A stretch of 62,320 nucleotides of DNA from Girardia tigrina (Eukaryota): contig MQRK01250859.1 in assembly GCA_001938485.1 (NCBI GenBank), positions 5,978-68,297 on the forward strand. Direction: 5' to 3'. A program made the position numbers and the translations under genes. Every line of letters starts with the position of its first letter. Within the stretch, counting starts at the first letter, position 1. Of this stretch, positions 11,170 to 23,630 are shown piece by piece. The notes beneath the pieces were generated by a model that did no database searches, was not told the origin of the DNA, and saw nothing but the letters and a program-made list of their open reading frames with translations.

Positions 11170-13493
11170 TGTTAGCAGAGCACTTCTCACATCTATTCAG
11201 AAAAAGCGAAAGAGACTATCTCGTGGAAATCGAACAAAGCCACGCACTCGAAATAGACCACTCACCGGACGTTGAAGAAGTAGGTACCGCTATTGGACAA
11301 CTAAAGAACGGTACAGCTGCTGGAAACAACGGTATCATTCCAGAGCTATATAAATGGGGCAATCTCCAGTTGACTGAGAAGATACAGTAATGTTTCGTGG
11401 ACATATGGGAGGAAAGAGTAGAATTCCCGGAGGCTTGGAAAACGGCGAATGTCGTGATCCTATACAAAGGAAAGGGTTCCAAGAAGGATTTGAATAATTA
11501 TAGAGGCTTATTCCTACTTGATGTAGGAGGAAAGATCATGGCCCGAATCATGCCAAATATATTACTGCCACATCTCGAAAGGATACTGGACGACTGGCAA
11601 TTTGGTTTCAGACCAAACAAAAGTACAGCGCACGCGATTGGTACCTTACGAAAGATACAAGAAAAGGTCAGTTACCGGAACATAAACGTATTTGCTATTT
11701 TTATCGACCTTGAAAAGGCATTTGACAGTGTACCCAGGAAAGTTCTATGGGATTGCCTTCAAGGAATTGGAATACAAAATAAGCCTGAGCAGAAGTATCA
11801 TCATGAAATTTCATGAAGGTTTCACGGGAAGCATTGGAAAGGATAAATTCAGTATGGACAAAGGAGTCCGTCAGGGTTGCGTATTGGGTCCTCTACTATT
11901 CAACCTTGTCTTTGATCATGCAATTAAGGCCATGATCAAAGAAGGACTATCAGGTGGTGTGTAACTAAAATGCAATGGGGAAGAGCTGACCGTGAACAGA
12001 CTTGCTTATGCAGACGACCTGTGCTTACTGGACCAAGACTATGGAAATATCGCACGGAATCTCACGTGTTTCAACACTCTGTTCTTGAATATGGGGCTCA
12101 AAATCAACATTGGGAAAACAAAGATCCTCAATCTCAATGGAGCAAAGTACATTATGGCAAGAGGTGAGCTGAATGCCGGAATAGAATGGGTGGACGAATT
12201 CTACTACCTGGTATCGATAATTGAAAGTGGAGGAAGCTCAAGTACGGACATCAAAGCCAGAATTCAGAAAGGAGCATCGAAATTACGGACGATCAGACCA
12301 GTGCTGAAGACAACAAATTGTCTCTCCGGAATAAGAAGAACATAATTAGCAGCTGTGTATTCCCGGTGGTCTACTACAGCTGTGAAAATTGGAGGACAAA
12401 TGAAGTACACGTGAAAAAGCTAAAAGCATTTCACAATTTATGTACTTGGCGAACTTTGTGGATTTTGAAAGCCGAAAGGATCAGGATGGATGAGATATCA
12501 ATTGAACTGCAAAGCCCAATGGATATCATCGCGCGGAAAAGAATCGTACACAATACCAAGGTCGATTTAGGAGAATGCCCGGAGAACGTTAAGCAGATCA
12601 GTGGATGCGAACTCATCGGAGGAAAGAAGATCAGCGGTCAGAGAAAGCAACATCTGGTAGAATGTCTCAGAGTGGATGCTCACTGGCTCTTTGGAGCCGA
12701 GTACAGTTTCGGTGAATTTAAAAGAGACGTTCTGCAGGAAAACTTACTGAAGATGGATGGAAAGATCGAGAAAGTATTCCGACTGAAGAGAATCCAAAGA
12801 AGCGGGACGAGCAAACACTAAGACTGGTGCTACCTCGTCTGAAAGAACACAGCTGCCCAGTGGATGCCTATTACAAACAATATGCGGAAGTGAAGGAGTT
12901 AAACAGGCATCTCAGAAGAGATCACGAAGGAGCAGAGCCAATCCCGCGGAAGAAGAGAGAGAAAAAAGCCCAGCCACGTCAGAAGAAAGGAAAATATCAA
13001 CTTCAACAGTGTCCCAGGGAATACAAAACCGCTGGTTTCCTAAGGATTCATATTCAGAAGAATCATCAAGAAGCGCCAACATCCAACGCCCAGAGAGAAG
13101 AAAGCTTGGAAGAGGAGAACGAGGAAGAGCCAACATCAAACCAATCCAATCCTCAGTTACCGGACGCAACTGTGAGTATGCGGAGGATACAGCCGAACGA
13201 CGATGCCGAAGAGACGCACCTACAATACCGACTGCCAGCCAATTACAGGACTGCAAAAGGACAATTCAAGTGCCCATTTCGCGGTTGTTACGCGTCCACC
13301 GTAACAGCCAACGGCATGTACGGCCATGGTACCAAGTTCCATGGTTGGTCGTTCGTTACTGGCAAGCCGACTGCTCAGAGGCGGAAGGCCACTGACCCCG
13401 TAGGAGGCCTATCGGGGGGCCCTTAAGGACTTTAGTTTGGGAGGACCCTCTAAAGAGTCTTAGGCTCAATACCATTACAGAGATAAGAGGCCC
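11170..13493 (+). mobile_element. 5'-truncated, frameshifted RTE-like non-LTR retrotransposon: RT plus three C-terminal C2H2 zinc fingers
   Basis: RT motifs NNYRGLFLL, QFGFRP, FIDLEKAFDSV, GVRQGCVLGPLLFNL and YADD. Fingers CPVDA(Y)..RHLRRDH, Q(L)QQC..IHIQKNH and CPFRGC..GHGTKFH. Stop at 13426. Confidence 0.9.
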
Positions 13494-13871
13494 ACATCGG
13501 AGAGACAAATCGTCATCTCAAAACCCGGATTAGCGAGAACTAGCAAATGAGTCAATCGAGTAAGGTTATTGATCATTGGTTATGTTGTAAGGATAGAACC
13601 TCATCCATTTCAAAAGATGAGTTTTCTGTTCTACAAAAGGGTTTTGATTCACATTACGAACGACAGTTTTGTGAATCTCTACTAATAAGACACTACAAAC
13701 AATCAATTAACATTCAGAATGGGCAAAGTAAGGTTATTTCAATACTTAAAAGTTTTAATTAAAATATTCTTTTTGCCATTATTACCCAATAATACTTTGA
13801 TGAATAATAATAATTAATTTTTTCGTTACCTTTTAAAGTAAATATATCTGTTAAAATTGTATTATTCAAAC
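13494..13871 (+). mobile_element. Penelope-like 3' end, inverted copy of about 10315-10690
   Basis: Near-identical reverse complement with only a handful of substitutions; runs into the gap. Confidence 0.92.
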
Positions 13872-14636
13872 NNNNNNNNNNNNNNNNNNNNNNNNNNNNN
13901 NNNNNNNNNNNNNNNNNNNNNNNNNNNNNNNNNNNNNNNNNNNNNNNNNNNNNNNNNNNNNNNNNNNNNNNNNNNNNNNNNNNNNNNNNNNNNNNNNNNN
14001 NNNNNNNNNNNNNNNNNNNNNNNNNNNNNNNNNNNNNNNNNNNNNNNNNNNNNNNNNNNNNNNNNNNNNNNNNNNNNNNNNNNNNNNNNNNNNNNNNNNN
14101 NNNNNNNNNNNNNNNNNNNNNNNNNNNNNNNNNNNNNNNNNNNNNNNNNNNNNNNNNNNNNNNNNNNNNNNNNNNNNNNNNNNNNNNNNNNNNNNNNNNN
14201 NNNNNNNNNNNNNNNNNNNNNNNNNNNNNNNNNNNNNNNNNNNNNNNNNNNNNNNNNNNNNNNNNNNNNNNNNNNNNNNNNNNNNNNNNNNNNNNNNNNN
14301 NNNNNNNNNNNNNNNNNNNNNNNNNNNNNNNNNNNNNNNNNNNNNNNNNNNNNNNNNNNNNNNNNNNNNNNNNNNNNNNNNNNNNNNNNNNNNNNNNNNN
14401 NNNNNNNNNNNNNNNNNNNNNNNNNNNNNNNNNNNNNNNNNNNNNNNNNNNNNNNNNNNNNNNNNNNNNNNNNNNNNNNNNNNNNNNNNNNNNNNNNNNN
14501 NNNNNNNNNNNNNNNNNNNNNNNNNNNNNNNNNNNNNNNNNNNNNNNNNNNNNNNNNNNNNNNNNNNNNNNNNNNNNNNNNNNNNNNNNNNNNNNNNNNN
14601 NNNNNNNNNNNNNNNNNNNNNNNNNNNNNNNNNNNN

Positions 14637-14810
14637 TATTTAAAATTTTAAAATTATATGGAATTAAAAATAAATTTAAACATTACATAATTTTTAAATA
14701 ATAAGAATTAAAATATTAATCATCCATCTGGGTAGGAGAGACACATTTCCAAATCAACATACACATTCAAACACAAAACATCAAACATTCAAATATTCCT
14801 CACAATATTA
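14637..14810 (+). repeat. PLE pseudo-LTR/leader segment
   Basis: Homologous to the reverse complement of about 55190-55350. Confidence 0.6.
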
Positions 14811-15289
14811 TGTATATTATACGCTTAACGACATTAAGTTGTTAAGCGAATTAAATTTTAAATTAATTTTTAAAATTTAAATTTGATCGGTAAAACGATC
14901 ATTATTATTATTATCATTATCATTGTGATAACTGGCCGAGATTGAAAGCTATTTTACTATATTGTGATTAGATTTCTTTTCGTGAATAATTAATTGTATA
15001 TCAACATTTATTCTCTGGTCTTTGTATATTTGTGTTTATCGATTCGGTCCTATATCCGATTATCTAACCTAATAAGAATTCTAGAAGTGTATTATCAAGA
15101 ATTCCGGGTTAAAGAACAAAAACAAATAAATTTTACTCCTTAATAGTTTCGCAACTATCAAACAAAAGTTGAAGATAAAATATTTTATTACCTATTTCCT
15201 ATCAAAGTTTTACAGCCAAAAATTATTGTTTTTTGAACTGTTATGAGTTTTGAAATATTGAAGTAATTACTTTATTATTTATCTCCTTA

Positions 15290-18200
15290 TAATTACCCCT
15301 CCTGTTTATCGAAGTGTGTCAATTTATTGTACATTCGACTTTCTGATGTTGATTCACCATTTGTTACTTATGTTCCACTCTCTCGAGTTTGCTTCTGTCT
15401 GTGTCTAGAAAGCTCACGTAATTATTATTATTACAGTCTCTTCTATCGTTGATCTCGTCATCCTCCGGAGTTTTATCCTCAGGCGGAGCCCTACGCACAT
15501 GGCTGATGTGATAAGACATCCCTTTGACTTCCACTTGTTGCGGTAAAATTTTCCCTGTTACCGTTGCGCTTTTCAATTTTGTTCTACCGGTGTATGGCGT
15601 TGCGGGCTTTAAGAAAACTTTATCGCCGACCGCAAGATCTCATCTCATGATGTTCTATGTTGGCTTGACTGAATGTCTTCGGTAATGGCAATCTCTGCTT
15701 TCTGGAAAACACGGTTGATGAAGGAATTATTCCTTCCTTATTCAGAGTCGCATTGTACCAGGCGATCATTTCCTCGACTTGACCCCCGCTTCTGGCAACC
15801 ATTCTCTTGATTGTTCTATGGCAACGTTCGACAACGCCATTACCATTCGGTCGGTTGGCACATCGAAATTGCACATTAATCCCGAATCGGTTGAGCAACG
15901 TTGTTACATAATCAATTATAGAGAGAAATTTAAAAATCCTCATGTGAACTACAACTGCGGCCAATCTCTGCCATGTTTTCTTTACACGTAGTTCTCCGTT
16001 GTCACACTGTACCGGGGCGGGATCGATAAACGCACACTGACTGCATGATTTCACCACGGCCCTGACTTGTTCTTCCGTAACTCTTCTGGGCCTCCAGATT
16101 TTTCTCGCCAAAAACATAGTGCGTTTGATCCTAAAGTGGTGAATGTTGTGAAGCTGCTTCCGACCATCAGTAGCCCCCCTCTGCTCTCCTAATACGGCTG
16201 TTGCAGCAATCACCGGTTGATAGATGCTCGACAACCACTGACTCGGTACTCGAGTTAATGCATCCGCCTTATTCACCTCTGAATGAATGAGGGTAAATTT
16301 TATGTCCAGATTCTCTTCTTTTACACCTTTTCCGAACAAATCAATCCTACTTTTGATTAACAAGTCACTCATTGCTTGAGACTTGAACGGCTCCGTTCCG
16401 TTAAGCGCTTCTGATAGCCATTTATACACTAGAGCCGAATCTGTAAGCATTTCTTTCTCACAAAGTCCCCACCTCACAACCTCTCTCAGGGCTCAATTTG
16501 CGGCATCCAATTCGACCAGGTTGATGTCACTTCTGTCTTCTTTAGCCCTTAACCAACAGGCGTCTTCGACTATAACGTCATCAATCTCCACACATACCTC
16601 AACCGCGATCGAACTCGCGTCACACCATACTCGTCCCTGTGTCGTTTTCGGTACTTCCCAACGGCCTCTTGCGGGATCTTCCATCTTAATCCTTGCCTCG
16701 AAATTCAAGGCAATGACTATTGTTCTTGGTTCCACTTCTGAATCCCAATCTCCTCCACCGGTCATCCGCTTCAACATGTCGCATGCTGGTCGTAACCAAC
16801 CGCACACGGGATAGTGTCCCACAAGGCGGCCTGTCCACGCGAACAAACTTCGGTGGGTTAAGCAATTTTGCTGCTCTGGAATAGTTCCGTCTCGTTTCCA
16901 TAGAAGAGTTTCGTCGGATGACACTAATACCGACTGTCCCAGTACTCGGCCACCATTTACCGGCACTGGGGGATTTGTCTCCATTCCAAAACTCTCGAGT
17001 ACTGCCATTAATCTCTCTGTGGTTGTCTTCAATAATCTACAATAATATCATCATAATAAGCATTTGTGTTACCGTAAATCAGTGGGTCCGATTTCAAAAC
17101 GTATTCTCCGGATGATCTTTCAGGCATGATATTCAGGCCAAATCTCAGTCTAGTTAAATACCATGACCAACCCTGATGCCGCATCACTTGATCCACCATA
17201 ATGATGGATCAATCCTGATTTGCAAATATGCTCGTTGGAGGTCCACGATCGCTAACTGTTTACCCATGCGGCGCCAGTTCCTGATTTTCTCCGCGCAAAC
17301 AAGACTCCCTGCTGTATGACTAGAAACAAACTCGTTCAATTCCCGATAATCCAGAACTGGGCGAATCTTCTCTTGTGCCTCCTGCGTGATTGCCATGAGA
17401 GAGAGTGTTGGATGCAGCTGGTCTTCGCATTCTATCTACCATTCTCTCTTTTTCCACTTTTCTAATTCCTTATTGATTTCTTCTTCGTGCAGTTTAACCG
17501 AGGCATATTCTGCTACTTTCTCGTGAACTGTCGGTGCCTGCTCCTCTTGACAGTTCCACTTCACCGACCAGTATTTTGCATTGAATTGTGCTGTAAAATC
17601 TGGATTCACTATGCATGCTGGGACCCCTATTCGATCCACTGATGCTGATCCTCCCCCCGATGTTTCTGATTCTGCTTCTATTTGCGCTTCATTCCTGATT
17701 TTCTGTCGCAACTTGTCCGTTCCTGGGATGGCCTCTTGTCCATTGCCACCTAATTTCGGTGATTTCTCATTAATGCAAATTTGAACACCACCTAGTTGAG
17801 TCACCACATCCATTCTCAACAGTAGCTGTGCCCCGATTCCGCTCAAATTTTAAAAAATAAAAAAACCCAACAGGTCAATATTTTTCATCTTACTTCGATC
17901 TTAACCCAGGCTCCGTTTTTAATTACTGTCGGGCTTAGAACTGTCTGCAGCGTTTCTCGAGTTCACACACCTCCTCTCCACCATTGTAGTTGAGCACCCT
18001 GTGTCCACCAAGGCCCTTACAGTGTGCTCTTCGACACGCATTTGAATAATTGGTAATTGAGCGCTATGATGTGTCAGCTCCCCACTCGCACACCAGTGAG
18101 ATTCTACTGCCCGTTTCCCGAAAATCTATATCGGCTTGGGCAATCAAAACATAAATGGTTTTTATCACCATACACAAAACAATATATAACCCGTCCAGTA

Positions 18201-18760
18201 AGTCTACTTCATTAAGCACCTCGTCCCCTCGGATATTCTCGTCTGAGGTGACCCTCTTGACCACATTTGTAGCATTTTGGTTTTTAGACTTCCGGATAGG
18301 GGTTCGCCGCCACCGCTTCCACTGGATTAATGGTACCATATTCATTGATCGCTGCCACTAGTGTTGATGGTACCGCATCCGATTGATTAATCCGAAATAA
18401 CACACGGGTAACCAGAAGCAACTTCGGTAGGCTAGCCGTCCTTCTCGTCGATTCTGAGGCCAAATGTTTCGATCGGGGGCGAAATTCCTCGTAGGCCCCC
18501 CGAGGATCTCATTATTATGCTTCTGACATCAGCATCTTTACTTTTTCGTAATTTTGCTGGTCTTTCTTTGGCAGCCCATCGAACAGCTCGAATGCTCTTC
18601 CTTCTAGCATCATTGGCATTGCTGATATAATGATCGATCTCGCAGATTGTCGCAGCGGATTTGAATTTGAGACACCAGACATTGAAATCACTGGTTCCAT
18701 CAAACCAACGAACTGAATCCGCGAATTGCAATTTCTTCATGTCGTGATAGCTTGTGGTGT
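15290..18760 (-). mobile_element. Degenerate Gypsy/Ty3 LTR retrotransposon internal region (gag-pro-RT-RNaseH-IN)
   Basis: Two decayed CCHC knuckles (CYKCGQEGHLRRE, CFVYGDKNHLCFDC), protease ALVDTGCS, RT IRPVLDYRELN / DLQRAYLQI / YYDD, RNase H WCDASS and integrase GNGVVERCHRTIK. Purine tract near 15295-15305. Paired LTRs not found. Confidence 0.92.
18060..18119 (-). other. -1 programmed ribosomal frameshift signal (G GGA AAC plus downstream stem/pseudoknot)
   Basis: The gag frame ends ..FSGNGQ*. The -1 frame from the heptamer (18113-18119) is open into the protease (..LPIIQMRVEEHTVRALVDTG). Confidence 0.75.
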
Positions 18761-18961
18761 TAAATATAAAAATCAAAAAGAATTACCGAAGCTTCACAAA
18801 TCTGTATTTTAAATAAACTCTGATTTCCGTTATACAACGATTAAAAAAAAGAAATAAATCTTTATATTACAATTATATATCTAAAAAATTTTCATTTATA
18901 TTTTTTGTTTGTTAAAGCTAAATTTTTTTGTAACCAAATAATCTTTGCTCAATTAATTTAG

Positions 18962-18999
<38 letters not shown>

Positions 19000-19062
19000 T
19001 AAATATTTAATTATTTAAATATTTAAATTTAAATATTTAATTATTTCCTTTATATATGCATA

Positions 19063-19167
19063 CCATATTACTTCGATTTAACGCCGCGGCGGTTATTTCA
19101 AATGCTGATTCGAAGGTGCGGCGGNNNNNNNNNNNNNNNNNNNNNNNNNTAAATCGAAGTAATACGG
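19063..19167. mobile_element. Gapped Tc1/mariner/pogo-type element or MITE
   Basis: TA|CCATATTACTTCGATTTA ... TAAATCGAAGTAATACGG|TA: inverted termini with a TA target duplication. Confidence 0.8.
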
Positions 19168-21124
19168 TATTTAAATATATAGTGCAAGAAACAGGTGAAT
19201 AAAAAATTTAGACATTGTCTTTCAAATTGATGAAACAAATAAATATCTTGATTGTCTTTCACAAGGGAGGCGATGAAGAATTATAATCAACAATAATTCA
19301 CACGAAAATAATAATTTGAATTTAAATTCTAAACAATAACAAGGGAAAGAGGAAATTTAAATAACATAACAGTTATAATATTCATTAAATTGTATCAGAT
19401 ATTCGAACTGAAATGATAATATAATTGCTACTTTGCTTGATTTTAATTAATAATATTCTAGCTACTATATTAATAAAGATGTTTCATTGTTGGTAAAAGT
19501 AAAAAGTTTTGTTATTGAATTATTCTTTTTTAAATTTTAATTCCCAACGAAAATTTTATGTTTTATTTTATATATTTTTTAGGTATAAACACACATATTT
19601 TAATTAATCAAATATATAATTTCATTTGAAAATTCGATTTCCTTATTTGACTTTTAAGTTTAATTTAAATTCAATTTTCGCAAAGTATTGATCCTGAACC
19701 ACGATCAAAGTCAGTCTGATATTAAATTTCTTAGATAATTAGCATATTTAACAAAATATATACTTTTTTTATGTTCTCTAATTAATGATCATTTGAACTA
19801 AATTATTTTTATTTGAATGAACGATTCCTCTTGATTTTCTCCACTATGAATACTTATTTTCCTATAATTTGATTATTACCACAATAAGAGCGTCTTTTTT
19901 CTTTGTATAAGTAAATCATCTTGTGAGTATTTTTTCAAGTAAGAAGTTTGCAAAATATCCACAGAATACACATAGGTCGTTTTGGAAGTTCTGAAAAGTC
20001 ATACTTGGAACCTCTTCTTAGTATAACCGGAGTGAACTCGAAAATGATATACCTTTAAAAATATATTTTAAATCAAATTTAATAAAGGATTTAATATTAC
20101 TGTGTCATACATATGCAGAGTTTTACATTGTCTAATAATTAATCACCTTTCTTCATCGTTTCAATACTTTTACTTATCATATTATAATACCTTAAAGCGG
20201 CATATATTTTAGCTTCTATTGAGGTCTCATTGGGTCTTTAAAGGGATTATATAAGCATTCTACAAGTCTCCACCCTCTGGGATCGTAAACGATAATTACT
20301 TGTGGAAAGTGGGTTAAAATTGGAAGAAAAACAGTTTAAACATTTTTTTTAAATAGATAATCGTGAAACGATTTTTGCCAAAAAAAAATTTAATTAATTG
20401 ATTTTTTTGAACTTTTTTTTGCTTATTCTGTTGTACATTAAAATTCTAAATGTTATTTCTAATATGGATTTTAAAGAAACGTTTTAGTTAATTTAAAATA
20501 ATTATAAATATAAAGATAATCACAATAATTTATAAATTTCCGTCGTTGTTTAAACGAATCACTTTAATCATCGGGAACTTCACACAGACAGAAATCATAA
20601 GTCTATTATAGCATTAATAGAATTTGAAATTTTTTTATTTAAAATATAGAATTCGATTTCTTAAATATAAGGAATGTAAGGGCAAAGCTACTAGAACTGA
20701 AGTTTCAAATAGAGAACATGTTCAGTTCTTTATAAGAGTTGGTAACATGTTTTCTAAATGATCGGCGTTAAATGGCATAATTTTCAAAGTCATACAGCAA
20801 AATAAAAAATGTATAAAGCTGGGATACAGTTTATTTAAATGCTTGGTTTAGGAAAATCATTAATTCTTGTGTTATTACGAGATGTAATATGATCGTCACA
20901 TGTAATGATGAAGCCAATGACAAGCTTTCAAGTGGTGTAATGATACCGGAATTGAATAAAGTAGATTTATCAACTGTTACACCAAAGGAAGCTTTTAACC
21001 AAGTTCGGCACGAGATTAAGTTATATCACAATATATATAAAGTGATTGAAAAACAGAAGATTACTAATAGATTGATTTTGCTAGAAGCATATGGTTATAT
21101 CAAATCTTAAATTTCAAAATTCAA

Positions 21125-21212
21125 TTTTTTCGCGATTCTATTTTTAAATAAAAATTTTTTCGATTGTATTTTTTAAATAAAATTTTTTTTCGATTCTATT
21201 TTTTAAATAAAC
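21125..21212. repeat. About 30-bp tandem repeat x3
   Basis: TTTTTTCGATTCTATTTTTAAATAAAA-like unit. Confidence 0.7.
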
Positions 21213-23149
21213 ACCTTAAAAAATTCTATTTTTTTATAATTTTCCAATGTTTTAATACATGAATAACAATAAAAGTCATTTGGTGTAAGGGTGGTGGAAA
21301 TAAAAATAAAATATAATGATTTTGTTGGTAGATTTCTTCAAAACTAATTATCTAAATAATTAAAATAAAATAAAGAAAAAGGAATATAATTATTCTAAAT
21401 TATCAATTAGGCAAACATCTCACACACAATTTTCAAAATCTTTTTCTTAATTATTTCATTTATTATTATTTAATTATTTTATTTTAAATAACAAATACGT
21501 TTGACCCTCGCAATTTAATCATGTTGTAAAAATGATTACTTTTTTTTATTTAATGATGATTTTATTTTTAGAAAATCTGAAAAAGTGTTTCTAATAAACA
21601 AATAAGTGTCAGTGAAAAGAATTTGTTATAACAAAAAAGGTTCATTCAATACATTTATTAATACTTTATTTTAACATATAAAAACTGTCAGATTATATAT
21701 TGAAATATATATTGAGAATGTCAATCCTCATCATTCCCGATTGACAGTTTGTCCTAAATCAATCTTTCGTTCCAAATTCGTTGGAGACTTTCCCCATTTA
21801 CAACTGCTTCCTTTATAACAAACTTAACTAGACTGACAATAAATTTAAATATCCAATTTTTTTAACTTTTCAAATCAAATTAAATAATGAAACTTAATTA
21901 ATCTAATTAATAAACATTCTAAAATTCCAATATATAAGCTGCTAAGCTACAAGATGATCATGTGTAATTAATTATTCTCTTGACTTTATATTATTTTATT
22001 TTACCAAAACTTATAGTACTTCCAATATTTTTCATAATCTTCCTTTTAAAAAGTGACTGTGATCGCAGAGAAGTTGGTGCAGCTTCGTGACGACGCTCTA
22101 TGCTGCGGCCGTCCTTCGTTATTTCGGATGATTGCGACAGAGAAAAATTCATGCTCCATCGGAACGAGATTCAGTGTATGATATGCTGTCCTAACTGTTA
22201 GGTTTCGAGATCGATCGACTGTCGAACCGTTTGAGCGGTCTCCATCCCAAATAGTGAAGCAGTGATTTTTAAATCATGAGACATCTGTTGATTCATCGGA
22301 TTCATATCAGACCGGGGTGAAATCACGGCTTCTTAATTCGATTCTTCTTCCTTGGTGAAATAACAAGTGTTAATTAAATGAGAAAATTGGGAGTGTTTAT
22401 CGGCCAAAATCGATTCACTAATTTTCTTTACTTAATTTGAATCTTTAATTCTTTTAATAAAATTATTTAATAAAAAATTAAAAATTCAATTTTTACAAAG
22501 ACTAAAAATATAAATACATTTTCATTAGATCAAATCAAAACAACAGAATGTTAATAAATAATAATAAGGAGTTTTAGTAATAATTTCATCTCAACAACAC
22601 TTCACAATAATTTATTTTGTCCAAATTAAAGTTAATGAAAGCCTATGTCCAGCGCCCAGTCGAGTTTCTTTGAGAAACAGACTGCTTATAAAAATATAAC
22701 GTAAAAGGATTATAGTTATGATATAATTACTGCAAAATAAATTTTTTTTAAGATGTGTTTATCTAAAAATTTAATAATCCCATTGTTAAGTGAACTCCCT
22801 CAGTGATTAAAACATTTATTACAATTACAATGTGGATCCTCTTTGTGACAATCTTTAGTAGTGCTTTCAGTCAAATTTATCAATCAAAAGATAAATAATC
22901 TTAATTCAACAATCTGAAAAACTTGAATTTCATTAATCATTCTAAAAATATTTACTACCAATTTTATTATTTAAAATTAAAATGACTATTATTTATTTTA
23001 AATATTTATTTGATTTATTAATTTAAAAATAAAATTAATAAAATCAATTAAAAATTACAATTATAATTAATTTAAAATAAAATTCATAAGAATATTTTTT
23101 AAATGTTGATAAATAATTTTTAACAGTCAAAAAACGTTCTTCTTAATGT

Positions 23150-23630
23150 ATTGTAATCAATGTCGACCGACCAACCGTCATCATCAGACTAACTAACAAT
23201 GATATATTCACGTTGCATATATCAAAGCGATGTTTGTGTAATCCTTGTGTAATTTATAAATCATGAAAGTACTTTCAACAAAATTTGAGGAAAACTGTGT
23301 TTGTCCTTTGCTTTTAAGATCAAAGGATTTAATCATCAATGTTTCCCACATTAGCGTCTCCTAGTAATTATTGAATTGTGAACACAAAATCTTAAAATTA
23401 CTGAAATCAAATTTACTATTTATACAGTTCTTTTCATGTTGAGCAACATTAATATCACTTTTCCTTTCATTATGTTCCTGAATCCGTTCACAGATGACGT
23501 CAAGTCTTTCCGATGTATATGGAGGTCACACCCATTACATTTAAATTGGTAAACTAAATTGGAAAATAAATTAGTTTGAGTGGTAGAATTACTGCTGAAC
23601 AAACTTTTAAAAATTAAAAATAAATTCAAA
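23150..23630 (-). mobile_element. Penelope-like GIY-YIG 3' fragment with degenerate hammerhead (about 23153-23190)
   Basis: NLVYQFKCNGC motif. Minus strand CTGATGA-T-GAC..GTC-GACA-TTGATT (GAAA changed to GACA). Confidence 0.8.

Noticed and set aside
12912-13395. Overlapping alternative-frame ORFs in the LINE; similar ones occur in the Gypsy and mariner copies
   Set aside because: Shadow ORFs of GC-richer TE coding sequence.
13857-14651. Long ORFs in the track at 5523-5829, 13857-14651 and 42206-43357
   Set aside because: Artefacts of N-gaps translated as X.
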